From: Alphaproteobacteria bacterium
Lineage (GTDB): Bacteria > Pseudomonadota > Alphaproteobacteria > Rs-D84
Direction of reading: 5' to 3'
DNA length: 64,000 nucleotides
Assembly: GCA_009777955.1 (NCBI GenBank)
Contig: WRKW01000001.1
Span: 21,986-85,985 of the forward strand
How positions within the stretch are numbered: the stretch's first letter is position 1; each line of letters starts with the position of its first letter. Under the pieces are notes generated by a model that made no database searches, was not told the origin of the DNA, and saw only the letters and a program-made list of their open reading frames with translations. Below are positions 10,067 to 20,900 of this stretch, one piece after another. A program made the position numbers and the translations under genes.

Positions 10067-10143
10067 ATCGTGATACGTAAAGGCACTGTATATTCGCTTT
10101 ACGTCTTGTGTCTTACGCTTTACGGCGAACGAAGAGAGCAAAA

Positions 10144-10662
10144 ATGAATTGGTACATCGTCAATGTTCACACCGGTTGCGAAAACAAAGTCGCAAAGGAA
10201 CTGCGTGAAAAAATCGATACGGCAAAATTGAATCCGTTGTTTGGCGAAATATTGGTTCCGACACGCGAAATTACCGAAATCAAGGGTGGAAAGCGCGTCA
10301 AAACCGAAAAAAAGTTCTTCCCGGGATACATCGTCGTACAGATGACCATGACGAATGAAACATTTTCCCTGGTAAAACTGTTGCCCCAGGTAGTCATGTT
10401 TCTGGGACAGAAAAACCGGCCGGTTCCGATTTCAGAAGATGAAGCCCGGCGTTTAATGCGCCAGATGGAAGAAGGCCCGGTAACATCAGAAGCCGAATAC
10501 GAGGTCGGCCAGGAAATTCACATTATCGACGGTCCGTTCGCGAACTTTAATGGTGTAGTGGCAGAAGTCGATAATTTGAAACAAAAGATGACCGTGACAG
10601 TATTGGTTTTCGGTCGCGAAACAAGCGTCGGGCTGGATTTCAGCCAGGTCGAAAAAGTTTGA
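10144..10662 (+). CDS. nusG: Transcription termination/antitermination factor NusG
   Basis: The start is most likely ATG 10144 (MNWYIVNVHTGCENKV..), where the track starts at 10108. It has FPGYIVVQM and a KOW motif GQEIHIIDGPFANFNGVV, in the secE-nusG-rplK context. Confidence 0.92.
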   Translation: MNWYIVNVHTGCENKVAKELREKIDTAKLNPLFGEILVPTREITEIKGGKRVKTEKKFFPGYIVVQMTMTNETFSLVKLLPQVVMFLGQKNRPVPISEDEARRLMRQMEEGPVTSEAEYEVGQEIHIIDGPFANFNGVVAEVDNLKQKMTVTVLVFGRETSVGLDFSQVEKV

Positions 10663-10667
10663 TTGAT

Positions 10668-10699
10668 GTCATTGCGAGTCACAAAGTGGCGAAGCAATC
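10668..10699 (+). repeat. Repeat family A copy just after the nusG stop
   Basis: GTCATTGCGAGTCACAAAGTGGCGAAGCAATC. A degenerate reverse partner, AAGATTATTTCATCGCAATGA, lies near 10737-10760. Confidence 0.8.
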
Positions 10700-10873
10700 T
10701 TTTTAAGACGGGGAAAATATAAAATCCCGTATATGAAAAGATTATTTCATCGCAATGATAATAATCGAAATGTGATTGTGGAAGCGGTAGCCGCCGCGCA
10801 CCACGAACTCTAATACTGATGAAGATTTTGTTTTCTGAACAAATCAATCATCGGCAATCACACGGAGTGTAAA

Positions 10874-11308
10874 ATGGCAAAAGCAAAAGAAGTAAAGGGA
10901 TACGTTAAACTCGTAGTTCCCGCGAAACAGGCGACACCCGCGCCGCCGATCGGGCCGGCACTGGGTGCCAATGGCGTAAATATCGCAGAATTTACAAAAC
11001 AATTCAATGATGCGACCAAGGACAAGGAAGCCGGTATGCCGATTCCGGTCATAATCACGGTCTATACCGACCGCAGCTTTGAATTTATAATGAAGCTGCC
11101 CCCGGTATCGTATTACATAAAGAAAGCACTGAATCTGAAAACCGGTTCCAAAAAGCCCGGCCGTGATATGGTCGGAACATTATCCCCCGCCCAGGTGCGC
11201 AAGATAGCCGAAGACAAAATGCCGGATTTGAATTGCGATTCCATCGAAGCCGCGATGAAAATCGTCGCCGGTCAATGCCGTTCTATTGGCGTAAAGGTAG
11301 AGGGTTAA
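10874..11308 (+). CDS. rplK: 50S ribosomal protein L11
   Basis: 144 aa. VKLVVPAKQATPAPPIGPALGANGVNIAEFTKQFN is the L11 signature. Confidence 0.96.
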   Translation: MAKAKEVKGYVKLVVPAKQATPAPPIGPALGANGVNIAEFTKQFNDATKDKEAGMPIPVIITVYTDRSFEFIMKLPPVSYYIKKALNLKTGSKKPGRDMVGTLSPAQVRKIAEDKMPDLNCDSIEAAMKIVAGQCRSIGVKVEG

Positions 11309-11311
11309 GAT

Positions 11312-11983
11312 ATGAAAATTACGAAAAAAATGAAAACTTGGGCTGCTTTGGATACCGATAAGATATATACCGTGGCCGATGCTGTCGAAGCTTTGCGTGA
11401 ATATGCGTCAAAAAAATTCGATGAAACGCTTGAAATTGCGGTGCGGCTGGGCATTGATGTGACAAAGGCAGACCAGAATATTCGTCTGATGCTTTCATTA
11501 CCCCATGGCACCGGCAAAAAAGTTCGTGTTGCGGTTGTCACAGAAGATAAGGCAGAAGAAGCCAAAAAAGCCGGGGCCGATGTCATAGGCGGGGAAGAGC
11601 TGATTGATAAAATCGCGGGCGGATTTCTGGAATTCGACCGGGTTATCGCTTCGCCCGACATGATGCCGAAAATGTCAAAAGTCGCGCGCGTTCTGGGGCC
11701 AAAGGGTCTTATGCCGAATCCAAAGCTTGGCACCGTGACAAACAATATTGCAGATGGCGTTAAAACCGCCAAAGCGGGTCAGGTAGAGTTGCGTGCCGAA
11801 AAGAAAGGCATTGTACATGCCGGTGTCGGTAAAATGTCATTCGCGACCGAAAAACTGGCTGAAAATGCGGCGGCCATAGTTGATGCCTTGAAAAAAGCGA
11901 AACCGGCATCCAGCAAGGGTCAATATATCCTGGGCATTTCTGTGTCTACAACACAGGGGCCGGGGTTAAGGGTAAGTGCATAA
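11312..11983 (+). CDS. rplA: 50S ribosomal protein L1
   Basis: 223 aa. FDETLEIAVRLGIDVTKADQNIR and GPKGLMPNPKLGTVT are the L1 motifs. Confidence 0.96.
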   Translation: MKITKKMKTWAALDTDKIYTVADAVEALREYASKKFDETLEIAVRLGIDVTKADQNIRLMLSLPHGTGKKVRVAVVTEDKAEEAKKAGADVIGGEELIDKIAGGFLEFDRVIASPDMMPKMSKVARVLGPKGLMPNPKLGTVTNNIADGVKTAKAGQVELRAEKKGIVHAGVGKMSFATEKLAENAAAIVDALKKAKPASSKGQYILGISVSTTQGPGLRVSA

Positions 11984-12268
11984 GGTATGGGGACGCGGGA
12001 CGTAAAGGTTTATATTCGTCTTTTGTCCTGTGAACTTATGATTTACGAAAGCACGGCTTTGCCGTTTAAAGTAGATTTCTGTCCGAGACTGATGGTGTCC
12101 AAAGGGACTTAATCCCCATCATAGACAAAAGAGATAAAGCTCTTTTGGGACAAGAAAGAGCCCCGTCGGCTGAAAAAAGCAGGCGGAAAGTTAATTATAA
12201 TTGCTGGTATAGGATTTCTGATTTAAATCAAAAATCATAATCAGTAATAAAAAAGGGTATTGCAAAAG
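11984..12268 (+). promoter_or_regulatory. Long structured rplA-rplJ spacer; candidate L10 leader / autoregulatory region
   Basis: A 285-nt non-coding gap precedes rplJ. It contains several complementary segments, for example GGCTTTGCCGTTTAAAG and CCCATCATAGAC/..TGATGGTG. Assigned by position only. An L10(L12)4-binding leader upstream of rplJ is established in other bacteria. Confidence 0.3.
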
Positions 12269-12745
12269 ATGAAAAGAACTGAAAAATCAAATCTTGTTTC
12301 ATCATTGCACGAACTTTTGAAAGATGCGGGCGGTGTGTTCGTTATCGAAAATCACGGTTTGACTGTAAAGCAAACCGAAGATCTTCGCAAACAGCTGAAA
12401 CCAATCGTATCAGTGTTCAAGGTCATCAAAAACCGTCTTTTCAAACTGGCTGTCAAAGACACCGGTTTTGCGGGCGTGGCCGATATGATGAAACGTCCCA
12501 CGGCGGTTGCTATTGCGACCGATCCGCTGGCCGTGACAAAAGTATTGGCGAAATTTGCCACAGACAATCCAAAACTTTCCATCATTGGTGGAAAAATGGA
12601 TGGCGACCTGTTGGATGCAAAAGGTATCGAGCAATTATCCAAACTGCCATCTCTGCTTGAAATTCGCGGTACAATCGCACGCATCCTTATCGAACCGGGT
12701 GCAAGATTGGCACGGGTAAGTGCAGAGTATGGAAAGAAAAATTAA
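12269..12745 (+). CDS. rplJ: 50S ribosomal protein L10
   Basis: The track ORF starts at TTG 12260. ATG 12269 (MKRTEKSNLVSSLHELLKDAGGVFVIENHGLTVKQTEDLRKQLK) fits L10. The start is ambiguous by 3 codons. Confidence 0.93.
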   Translation: MKRTEKSNLVSSLHELLKDAGGVFVIENHGLTVKQTEDLRKQLKPIVSVFKVIKNRLFKLAVKDTGFAGVADMMKRPTAVAIATDPLAVTKVLAKFATDNPKLSIIGGKMDGDLLDAKGIEQLSKLPSLLEIRGTIARILIEPGARLARVSAEYGKKN

Positions 12746-12827
12746 TTTCTGATTATGATTTATGATTGCTGACTTAATTTGGCAAATCAGAAATCGGAAA
12801 TCAGAAATCAGCAATAAAGAGGAAAAA

Positions 12828-13193
12828 ATGGCTGATATTAAGAAACTTGTCGACGAATTGTCAAAGCTGTCGGTTATAGAGGCTGTGGAATTATCCAAAG
12901 CGTTGGAAGAAACATGGGGCGTTTCCGCCGCCGCCGCGGTTGCTGTGGCTGCCGGTCCTGCCGCCGCCGCCGCTGATGAAAAGACCGAATTCGATGTTAT
13001 CCTGGCAGAAGCCGGGGCAAACAAACTGGGCGTTATAAAGGTTGTCAAGGACGTGACCGGGTTGGGTCTTGGCGAAGCGAAAGCATTCGTAGAATCCGCA
13101 CCGAAAGCTGTCAAAGAAGGCGTATCCAAAGAAGATGCAGAAGCTTTGAAAAAGAAGTTAGAGGAAGCCGGAGCAAAGGTCGAAGTGAAGTAA
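12828..13193 (+). CDS. rplL: 50S ribosomal protein L7/L12
   Basis: True start is ATG 12828 after [111 protein letters not shown] is closely alphaproteobacterial in style. Confidence 0.96.
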   Translation: MADIKKLVDELSKLSVIEAVELSKALEETWGVSAAAAVAVAAGPAAAAADEKTEFDVILAEAGANKLGVIKVVKDVTGLGLGEAKAFVESAPKAVKEGVSKEDAEALKKKLEEAGAKVEVK

Positions 13194-13208
13194 GCACAAT
13201 GCGTTGGA

Positions 13209-13238
13209 CGTAAGGCGCAAGATAATATTCGCCTTACG
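13209..13238 (+). terminator. Hairpin 16 nt after the rplL stop; candidate rplL-rpoB attenuator
   Basis: CGTAAGGCG-caagataatatt-CGCCTTACG, a 9-bp stem, followed by CCCTTTAT (weak U-tract). Related hairpin modules occur after secE (10075-10104) and rplA (about 12001-12028). Confidence 0.4.
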
Positions 13239-13420
13239 CCCTTTATGTGTTAAAGTTTTGATTTCATCATCGACCAAAAGCCGCGTAATTTGAAAAAACA
13301 GATCAGAATTAAACAAAAATTAAAAATACACACCCCGGTATTACCATACTGGGTGTTGTCGCGTAAATAATTATTTTGATTATTGGTTTTGAAATCTGAA
13401 CCAATTATCAAAGTTGATAT

Positions 13421-13553
13421 GTCATTGCGAGCCACAAAGTGGCAAAGCAATCTTTTCAGATACGGGGTTTATGTTCCCAAATTTGTAAAGATTGCTTCGC
13501 GGTCTTTGACCGCTCGCAATGACACAGGGCATTCGCAGAATGCTCGCAATGAC
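13421..13553. repeat. Repeat family A: forward copy, reverse copy and a partial copy upstream of rpoB
   Basis: 13421-13452 is GTCATTGCGAGCCACAAAGTGGCAAAGCAATC. 13490-13523 is GATTGCTTCGCGGTCTTTGACCGCTCGCAATGAC. 13541-13553 is TGCTCGCAATGAC. Confidence 0.85.
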
Positions 13554-13666
13554 ACGAAAAAGATAAAAATAGCTTTTGTGATGACGGCGGACACAAAAGT
13601 TATTCATAAAAATTTATACATAACGCCGGCATTGAACCGAACACTGATACGAAAAAGGATGAACCA

Positions 13667-16600
13667 ATGGCAATCATTCAGAAACTTCGAAAATATTTTG
13701 GAAAAAGTTTTTTACAAACCCCGCTTCCCGACCTGGTCGAAATACAATACGATTCTTACCGCGATTTTCTTCAGGCGGATATAGAACCATCTGCCCGCAA
13801 AAACATCGGGCTTCAGAATGTATTCAAATCCATGTTTCCAATAAAGGACTATGCCGGTATCGCCGATTTGGAATTTGTGGAATACACTTTGGACAAGCCA
13901 CAGTATAACGTAAAGGAAAGCGTGCTGCGCAACATGACCTATGGTGCGCGTCTGAAACTTAAACTGCGCCTTATCATCTGGGACATAGCACCAGATGGTG
14001 GCAAGAAAACCCTGCGCGATATAAAGGAACAGGAAATATTCATGGGTGAAATCCCGCTTATGACCGAACGCGGAACATTTATCGCATCGGGTGTGGAACG
14101 TGTCGTAGTATCCCAAATGCACCGCGCCCAGGGTGTCGTGTTCGGTACTACCAAAGAATCGCGTGTTGCGGGAAATCCCACGACATATACTGCGCGCATC
14201 ATTCCAGAACGTGGTTCATGGATAGATTTTGAAGAAGCAAAAAGCATTGTGTACGTCCGCATTGACCGCCGTCGCAAGATACCGGCAACCGTTTTGATGC
14301 GCGCTTTGCCAACCGCCGAAGACGAAAAAAAGTGGGAGGGGGATAAGCGCAGGGCAAGCGTACGCGGGATGTCCGACACGGAAATTCTTTCCGCATTTTA
14401 TAAAAAGATTCCACTTTCTTTTGATGGAAAATACTGGGTTGGTGATATTGCTTCCTATAAAGATTTGGGTATTTATCGTCTTAATTATGATTTGTTAAAC
14501 CCGAAAGATCAGACTGTCATGGCAACAAAGGGTGAACGTTTAACCGCGAAAAAAATCGAAAAAATTTCCGCACAATCCAAAACATTTGCGATAGATAAAG
14601 AGCACTTGGTCGGCGAATATCTGTTTGATCCGGTCGTGCATCCGTCCGCAAATGGTAAAGTAGAGGCTCAAAGCGAAGAAGTACTGTTCGCATCCGCCGC
14701 CGAAATTACCGAAGAAGTTATTCGCGATTTGGAAAAATTGGGTGTCAAAGAATTATCTTTGATCGCCATCGATAATCTGTCGTATGGCGCGCACATGCGC
14801 AACACGCTTGCCGCGGACAAGACCAGTACCCGGGAAGAAGCGTTAATCGAAATATACAACGTGATACGTCCGGGGGAACGTCCGACGGTGGAAGCCGCCG
14901 CGAATCTTTTCATACACCAGGGATTCGACCATGCCTATTACGATCTTTCTGCTGTGGGTCGATTCAAGATGAACAAGCGTCTGAAAATCGATTCCGGAAA
15001 GCGTCCGGAAGACGAACGTCTTCTTACAAAGTCCGATATTATCATGACTTTGCAGACTTTGGCAAATATCATTGATCGTAAAGATACGGTTGATGACATA
15101 GACAATCTTTCCAATCGTCGCGTCCGCGCGGTTGGTGAATTGCTGGAACAACAGTTCCGTATTGGAATGGCCAGAATCGAACGTCTGGTGCGCGAGAGTT
15201 TATCCAGCCCAAACATAGTAAATATGAAGCCACAGGATGCCATCAATGCAAAGCCACTTATGGCATTGATATCGGAATTTTTTGGAACCAGCCCGCTGTC
15301 ACAGTTTATGGATGCGTACAATCCGCTTGCAGAACTGGAACACAAAAGATTGGTATCCGCGCTGGGACCCGGCGGTTTGAATCGCGAACGGGCAAGTATA
15401 GACGTTCGCGACGTTCATCCGACTCATTATGGCCGGCTTTGTCCGGTGCATACCCCGGAAGGTCCGAATATCGGACTTATAACCCATCTTGCTTCGTATG
15501 CCCGCGTGAATCCCTATGGATTTATCGAAACCCCTTATTATATTGTAAAGAACAGCAAGGTTACAGATGAAATAATATATCTGACAGCGGACGAAGAAGC
15601 GGGGCACAGAATCGCCCAGGGGAACAGCCCAACCACAGCGGCCGGAACATTGACCGAAGAATTGGTGACGGCGCGTGTCGATGGCGAATTCACAATGATA
15701 CCGCGTGAAGAAGTGACGCTTATCGACGTTGCCCCGCGCCAGATTGTGTCCATAGCAACCGGCCTTATACCATTTATTGAAAATGACGACGCAAACCGTG
15801 CCCTTATGGGTTCCAACATGCAGCGTCAGGGTGTGCCTTTGATTCGCAGCGACGCGCCACTTGTTGGTACGGGGATAGAGCGTGAAGTCGCACGCGACAG
15901 CCGCAGCGTAAAGATCGCGAAACATTCGGGCGTAGTCGAATCCGTCGATGCAAGCCGTATTGTGGTAAAGCGCATGAATTCGCGGGGTGTAGTGACCGGG
16001 GTCGATATTTACGATCTGGAAAAATTCGGCCGGTCAAACAGTGAAACGATTATCCATCAAAAGCCGCTTGTAAAAATAGGTGACAGGATCGCGGCGGGCG
16101 ACGTAATTGCCGATGGTGCGTCCACATGTTACGGCGAAATGGCACTGGGTAAAAATGTCATGGTCGCGTTCTTGCCATGGCGCGGATACAATTATGAAGA
16201 TGCGATCGTGATTTCCGAACGCATTTCCCGTGATGACGTATTCACCAGCATCAAAATCGTAGAAAAGGAATTCAAGGCGCGCGATACACAGTTGGGGCCG
16301 GAATCTTTTACCCGCGATATTCCGAATGTGGGCGAAGAAGCGTTGAAAAATCTGGACGAATCCGGAATCATCTATATCGGCGCGCATGTAAAACAGGGGG
16401 ATATTCTGGTCGGCCGCGTTTCGCCAAAGTCAGAAACATTGCTTACACCAGAGGAAGCACTTCTTCGCAACATATTCGGTGAAAAAGCACTTAGCGTGAA
16501 AGATACATCTTTGCGCGTTGGCCCGAATGAAGAGGGTGTTGTAATCGGGGTCAATGTCCTTACCCGTCATGGTGTGAAAAAAGACGAACGCACCCAATTG

Positions 16601-17836
16601 ATAGAGCTGCAAAAAATCGAAATGATAAACAAGAACCGCGAAGAAAAGATGGCAATCATGGAACGCGGTTTTGCCGATCAGATTTTCCAGCTTATCGAAG
16701 GTCATATAATAACGGGTGGTAGCGGAAGTATAAAGCCGTTCATAGGAAAGAAATTGTCCGATGAAATTGCAGAGGCCATTCGTCCGTTCGATGTCAAAAA
16801 GATTTCCGTCAAAAACGATGAAATCCAGTCGAAAGTGGACGAACTGCGCGAAGGACATCTGCGGGTGTTGAAAGAGCTTAACGACAGGGCTGATCATGAA
16901 ATCGAAAAGGTTCGCGAAAGCAATTCGCTGAATGCGGGCGTGTTAAAAGAAATCAAGGTCTATATTGCCCATAAAATGAAGCTGCAACCCGGTGATAAAA
17001 TGGCCGGTCGTCACGGAAACAAAGGCATAGTTTCAAAGGTTGTTCCGATTGAAGACATGCCACACATGGAAGATGGAACCCCGGTTGATATTGTTTTGAA
17101 TCCGCTGGGCGTGCCGTCACGTATGAATGTGGGACAGGTTTTGGAGGTTCATCTTGGCGCGGCAGCGCGGGAATTGGGGAACCAGATAGGCAGTGTTCTT
17201 GACGATATAAAGAACAAATGCGCCGTTACCGACGATCTGCGTGTTGTGATGGGTAAAATCTATGGCAAGGAAACGGCCGAAAAATTGGAAAAAATGACGG
17301 ATACAGATGTTCGCGCCCAGGCAGCGTTGCTTCGCGATGGCGTTCCTATGGCATCCCCGACATTCGACGGCGCGACAATTGAAGATATTCACAAGATGTT
17401 GAAAATGGCAAAATTGCCCGAAACCGGACAGGTAACCCTGGTAGACGGAATTACGGGGGAACCGTTTGCACGTCCAGTTACGGTCGGTATCATGCATATG
17501 CTGAAACTTCATCACTTTGTGGATGAAAAGATTCATGCGCGTTCAGTGGGCAGTTATAGCCTTGTCACCCAACAGCCGTTGTCTGGTAAAGCCCATATGG
17601 GTGGCCAGCGTTTCGGAGAAATGGAAGTATGGACGTTGGAAGCGCACGGGGCAGCACACTTGCTGAAAGAAATGCTGACGGTAAAATCAGATGATATAAC
17701 TGGACGTAACAAGATGTATGAAACCGTAATAAGCGGAAGCACCGATATCCAAACCGGCACGCCCGAAGCATTCAATGTATTCATGCGAGAGCTGCGTGGT
17801 CTTGGACTGGCGATGACACCGAAGAAAATTGATTAA
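13667..17836 (+). CDS. rpoB: DNA-directed RNA polymerase subunit beta
   Basis: 1389 aa. QLSQFMD.YNPLAELEHKRLVSALGPGGL, GRLCPVHTPEGPNIGLI, NMQRQ, and GDKMAGRHGNKGIVSKV. Confidence 0.98.
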   Translation: MAIIQKLRKYFGKSFLQTPLPDLVEIQYDSYRDFLQADIEPSARKNIGLQNVFKSMFPIKDYAGIADLEFVEYTLDKPQYNVKESVLRNMTYGARLKLKLRLIIWDIAPDGGKKTLRDIKEQEIFMGEIPLMTERGTFIASGVERVVVSQMHRAQGVVFGTTKESRVAGNPTTYTARIIPERGSWIDFEEAKSIVYVRIDRRRKIPATVLMRALPTAEDEKKWEGDKRRASVRGMSDTEILSAFYKKIPLSFDGKYWVGDIASYKDLGIYRLNYDLLNPKDQTVMATKGERLTAKKIEKISAQSKTFAIDKEHLVGEYLFDPVVHPSANGKVEAQSEEVLFASAAEITEEVIRDLEKLGVKELSLIAIDNLSYGAHMRNTLAADKTSTREEALIEIYNVIRPGERPTVEAAANLFIHQGFDHAYYDLSAVGRFKMNKRLKIDSGKRPEDERLLTKSDIIMTLQTLANIIDRKDTVDDIDNLSNRRVRAVGELLEQQFRIGMARIERLVRESLSSPNIVNMKPQDAINAKPLMALISEFFGTSPLSQFMDAYNPLAELEHKRLVSALGPGGLNRERASIDVRDVHPTHYGRLCPVHTPEGPNIGLITHLASYARVNPYGFIETPYYIVKNSKVTDEIIYLTADEEAGHRIAQGNSPTTAAGTLTEELVTARVDGEFTMIPREEVTLIDVAPRQIVSIATGLIPFIENDDANRALMGSNMQRQGVPLIRSDAPLVGTGIEREVARDSRSVKIAKHSGVVESVDASRIVVKRMNSRGVVTGVDIYDLEKFGRSNSETIIHQKPLVKIGDRIAAGDVIADGASTCYGEMALGKNVMVAFLPWRGYNYEDAIVISERISRDDVFTSIKIVEKEFKARDTQLGPESFTRDIPNVGEEALKNLDESGIIYIGAHVKQGDILVGRVSPKSETLLTPEEALLRNIFGEKALSVKDTSLRVGPNEEGVVIGVNVLTRHGVKKDERTQLIELQKIEMINKNREEKMAIMERGFADQIFQLIEGHIITGGSGSIKPFIGKKLSDEIAEAIRPFDVKKISVKNDEIQSKVDELREGHLRVLKELNDRADHEIEKVRESNSLNAGVLKEIKVYIAHKMKLQPGDKMAGRHGNKGIVSKVVPIEDMPHMEDGTPVDIVLNPLGVPSRMNVGQVLEVHLGAAARELGNQIGSVLDDIKNKCAVTDDLRVVMGKIYGKETAEKLEKMTDTDVRAQAALLRDGVPMASPTFDGATIEDIHKMLKMAKLPETGQVTLVDGITGEPFARPVTVGIMHMLKLHHFVDEKIHARSVGSYSLVTQQPLSGKAHMGGQRFGEMEVWTLEAHGAAHLLKEMLTVKSDDITGRNKMYETVISGSTDIQTGTPEAFNVFMRELRGLGLAMTPKKID

Positions 17837-17844
17837 TTACTGTT

Positions 17845-17881
17845 ATTGCTTTGTCCGTCTGATGGCGTGACCCGAAATGAC
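17845..17881. repeat. Degenerate family A repeat in the rpoB-rpoC spacer
   Basis: ATTGCTTTGTCCGTCTGATGGCGTGACCCGAAATGAC compared with GATTGCTTCGTCCGCCTGACGGCGTGACTCGCAATGAC at 22754-22791. Confidence 0.6.
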
Positions 17882-17913
17882 AGTAATCAGCAATTGAACC
17901 AAAGGAACGAAAT

Positions 17914-20900
17914 ATGAAAATGTTGCAAAAAATATTTGGTCAGATTGAAACAAAAGAACAGTTTGATGCGTTGCAAATCAAGATTGCGAGCCCGGAAGAA
18001 ATCATGTCCTGGTCGCGCGGCGAAGTCAAAAAGCCAGAAACAATAAATTATCATTCGTTAAAGCCGGAATCTGATGGTCTGTTCTGTCAGCAGATTTTCG
18101 GTCCCGTAAAGGACTATGAATGTGCATGTGGTAAATACAAACGTATAAAATTCCGCGGGGTAATTTGCGAACGTTGTGGGGTCGAAGTTGGAAGTTCTTC
18201 TGTCCGGCGCGAACGTATGGGTCATATTAAACTTGCGACACCGGTATCCCATACATGGTTCCTGCGCGAAGGAAAAATTGCCACCATGTTGAATAACCTG
18301 CCACAAAAAAAGCTGGAACAGGTTATCTATTATGACGCTTATATAGTGACAGAACCGGGTTTGACCAGTCTGAAACTGTATGATGTGATTTCCGAAGACG
18401 AATACCAGGCCGCGTTGGAAGAATTCGGTGCGGATGCATTCCGTGTCGGTATTGGCGCGGATGGGGTTCGTGATGTCATATCCGGGTTGGATATAGGTGA
18501 CGAACGCACGCGTCTGCGCGCAGAACTGTCGGAAACCAAATCCGAATCAAAGCGCAAGGGCATCGTCAAACATCTGAAGCTTGTCGAATCATTTATGGAT
18601 TCAAAGACCGAACCAGCATGGATGTTGCCGGATGTTTTGCCGGTTATTCCGCCGGATATGCGTCCGTTGGTAACGTTGGATGCCGGGCATGTGGCGGCAT
18701 CGGATTTGAACGATCTTTATCGCCGTGTGACTATCCGCAATAACCGTTTGAAAAAGCTGGTTGACCTGCACGCGCCGGAAATCATCATTCGCAACGAAAA
18801 AAGAATGTTACAGGAAGCTGTTGACGCATTGTTTGACAATGGACACAAGACGCGTCCGCTGGTTTCGCAAAACCGTCGTCCGCTTAAATCATTATCAGAT
18901 TCTTTGATTGGAAAAACCGGTCGTTTCCGTATGAATCTTCTTGGAAAGCGTGTAGATTATTCCGGTCGTTCCGTAATCGTGTCTGGCCCCACCCTTAAAC
19001 TGCATCAGATGGGACTTCCGAAAACCATGGCATTGGAATTATTCAAACCATTCGTGTTCGCACGCCTGTTGGCCGGCGATCATGCCAATACTTTGAAAAC
19101 AGCACGCAAGATGGTGGAAGTTGGCGAAGAAATCGTATGGGAAATACTGGATGAAGTTGTGCACCAGCATCCGGTTCTTTTGAACCGCGCACCTACGTTG
19201 CATCGTCTTGGTATCCTTGCATTTGAACCCGTGCTTATCGAAGGAAAGGCCATACGTCTGCACCCGCTGGTATGTAAAGGGTTTAACGCAGACTTTGACG
19301 GGGATCAGATGTCCGTGCATGTTCCTATTTCTTTGGAAGCGCAATTAGAAGCGCGCACGCTGATGCTGTCGACGAACAATGTTCTGTCGCCGGCAAGTGG
19401 CGATCCGATGATTGTTCCGACACAGGACATGGTTCTGGGCATTTACTATATATCCCTGATGGATGGAGAGCATACCGACAAATCCCCCCGCTTTGCGAAT
19501 ATGGACGAAGTCATGCTTGCTTTGCACAACAATGCTATAACATTACATACCCCGATTATCGCGCGATTTGACGATCATGATGGAATCAAGACAGTAAAAA
19601 CAACGGCTGGCCGCATGATGATTGGCGAACTTTTGCCGCGGAAACAGGGAATATCTTTCGAACTGGTAAATCAGTATATGGGAAAGAAACAAATAGAAGC
19701 ATTATTGTCCGCCATTTATGAAAATTGTGGTGACAAGGATATGATAATGCTGGCCGACAATTTGAAAAACCTGGGGTTTGAACAGGCGGCGCGAAGCGGC
19801 ATATCCATCGGATTTGGCGACATCGTGATCCCCGAAGAAAAACAGCGTATGATTGCCGATGCCGAAAAGCAGGTTGAAGAAATCGAAAGCCAGTATCAGA
19901 ACGGTCTGATATCCAACAGCGAACGGTATAACAAGCTGGTTGACATGTGGCAACACGTTACGAATAAAATCGGCGATCTGGCATTTTCGGGTTTGCGCAA
20001 AGCATCCGGGGCGAATTGGAATTCCATCATCATGATGGCTGACAGTGGTGCCCGTGGTTCAAAAACCCAGATTCAACAGCTGGCCGGAATGCGCGGTGTT
20101 ATGCAGAAACCGAATGGGGATCTTATCGAAGTTCCGATTATATCGAACTTTAAAGAGGGGCTTACCATGTCGGAATACTTTACTTCGACACACGGCGCGC
20201 GCAAGGGGCTTTCAGATACCGCGCTTAAAACAGCGGAAGCGGGATACCTTACCCGTCGTTTGGTGTCTATGGCGCATAATACTGTTATTACCGAACATGA
20301 TTGCGGTACCCGGGAATTTGTAACGGCATTGCCGGTATATACCGGAAGCGTATTGTCCGTATCGCTGGGCAGTGTTGTATTGGGTCGCACCGTTGCGAAA
20401 GATATTATTCATCCTATTTCGGGAAATGTAATAGTGAAAGACGGCGAAATCATAACGAAAGTGCTTGCGAAAGAAATCGATGCCAGCGGTTTGCCATCTG
20501 TTGATATACGCAGTGTGCTTACCTGTCAATCCGATGGTCTTTGCGCGAAATGCTATGGTATGGATTTGTCGCGCTCTGCGCTGGTTCATGTCGGCGAAGC
20601 CGTCGGCGTTATTGCCGGCCAATCGATTGGGGAACCGGGAACACAGCTTACACTTCGTACCTTTCACGTCGGCGGTGTCGCATCGGGCGGCGGCGCGGCG
20701 GGTCACTTTATAGAAACCCCTGTAAATGGCACTGTAAAGCTTGATGGGGTCAATACGATTGTGAATTCTGCGGGTCGTACGGTGGTATTATCCCGCAATG
20801 CAAGAATCGCGGTCATGGACAGCAAGGGTGTGGAATTGTTCAGCGAAAAACTGCCCTATGCATCGATGCTTGTGGTGACTGATGGTCTTGTTGTTGAAAA

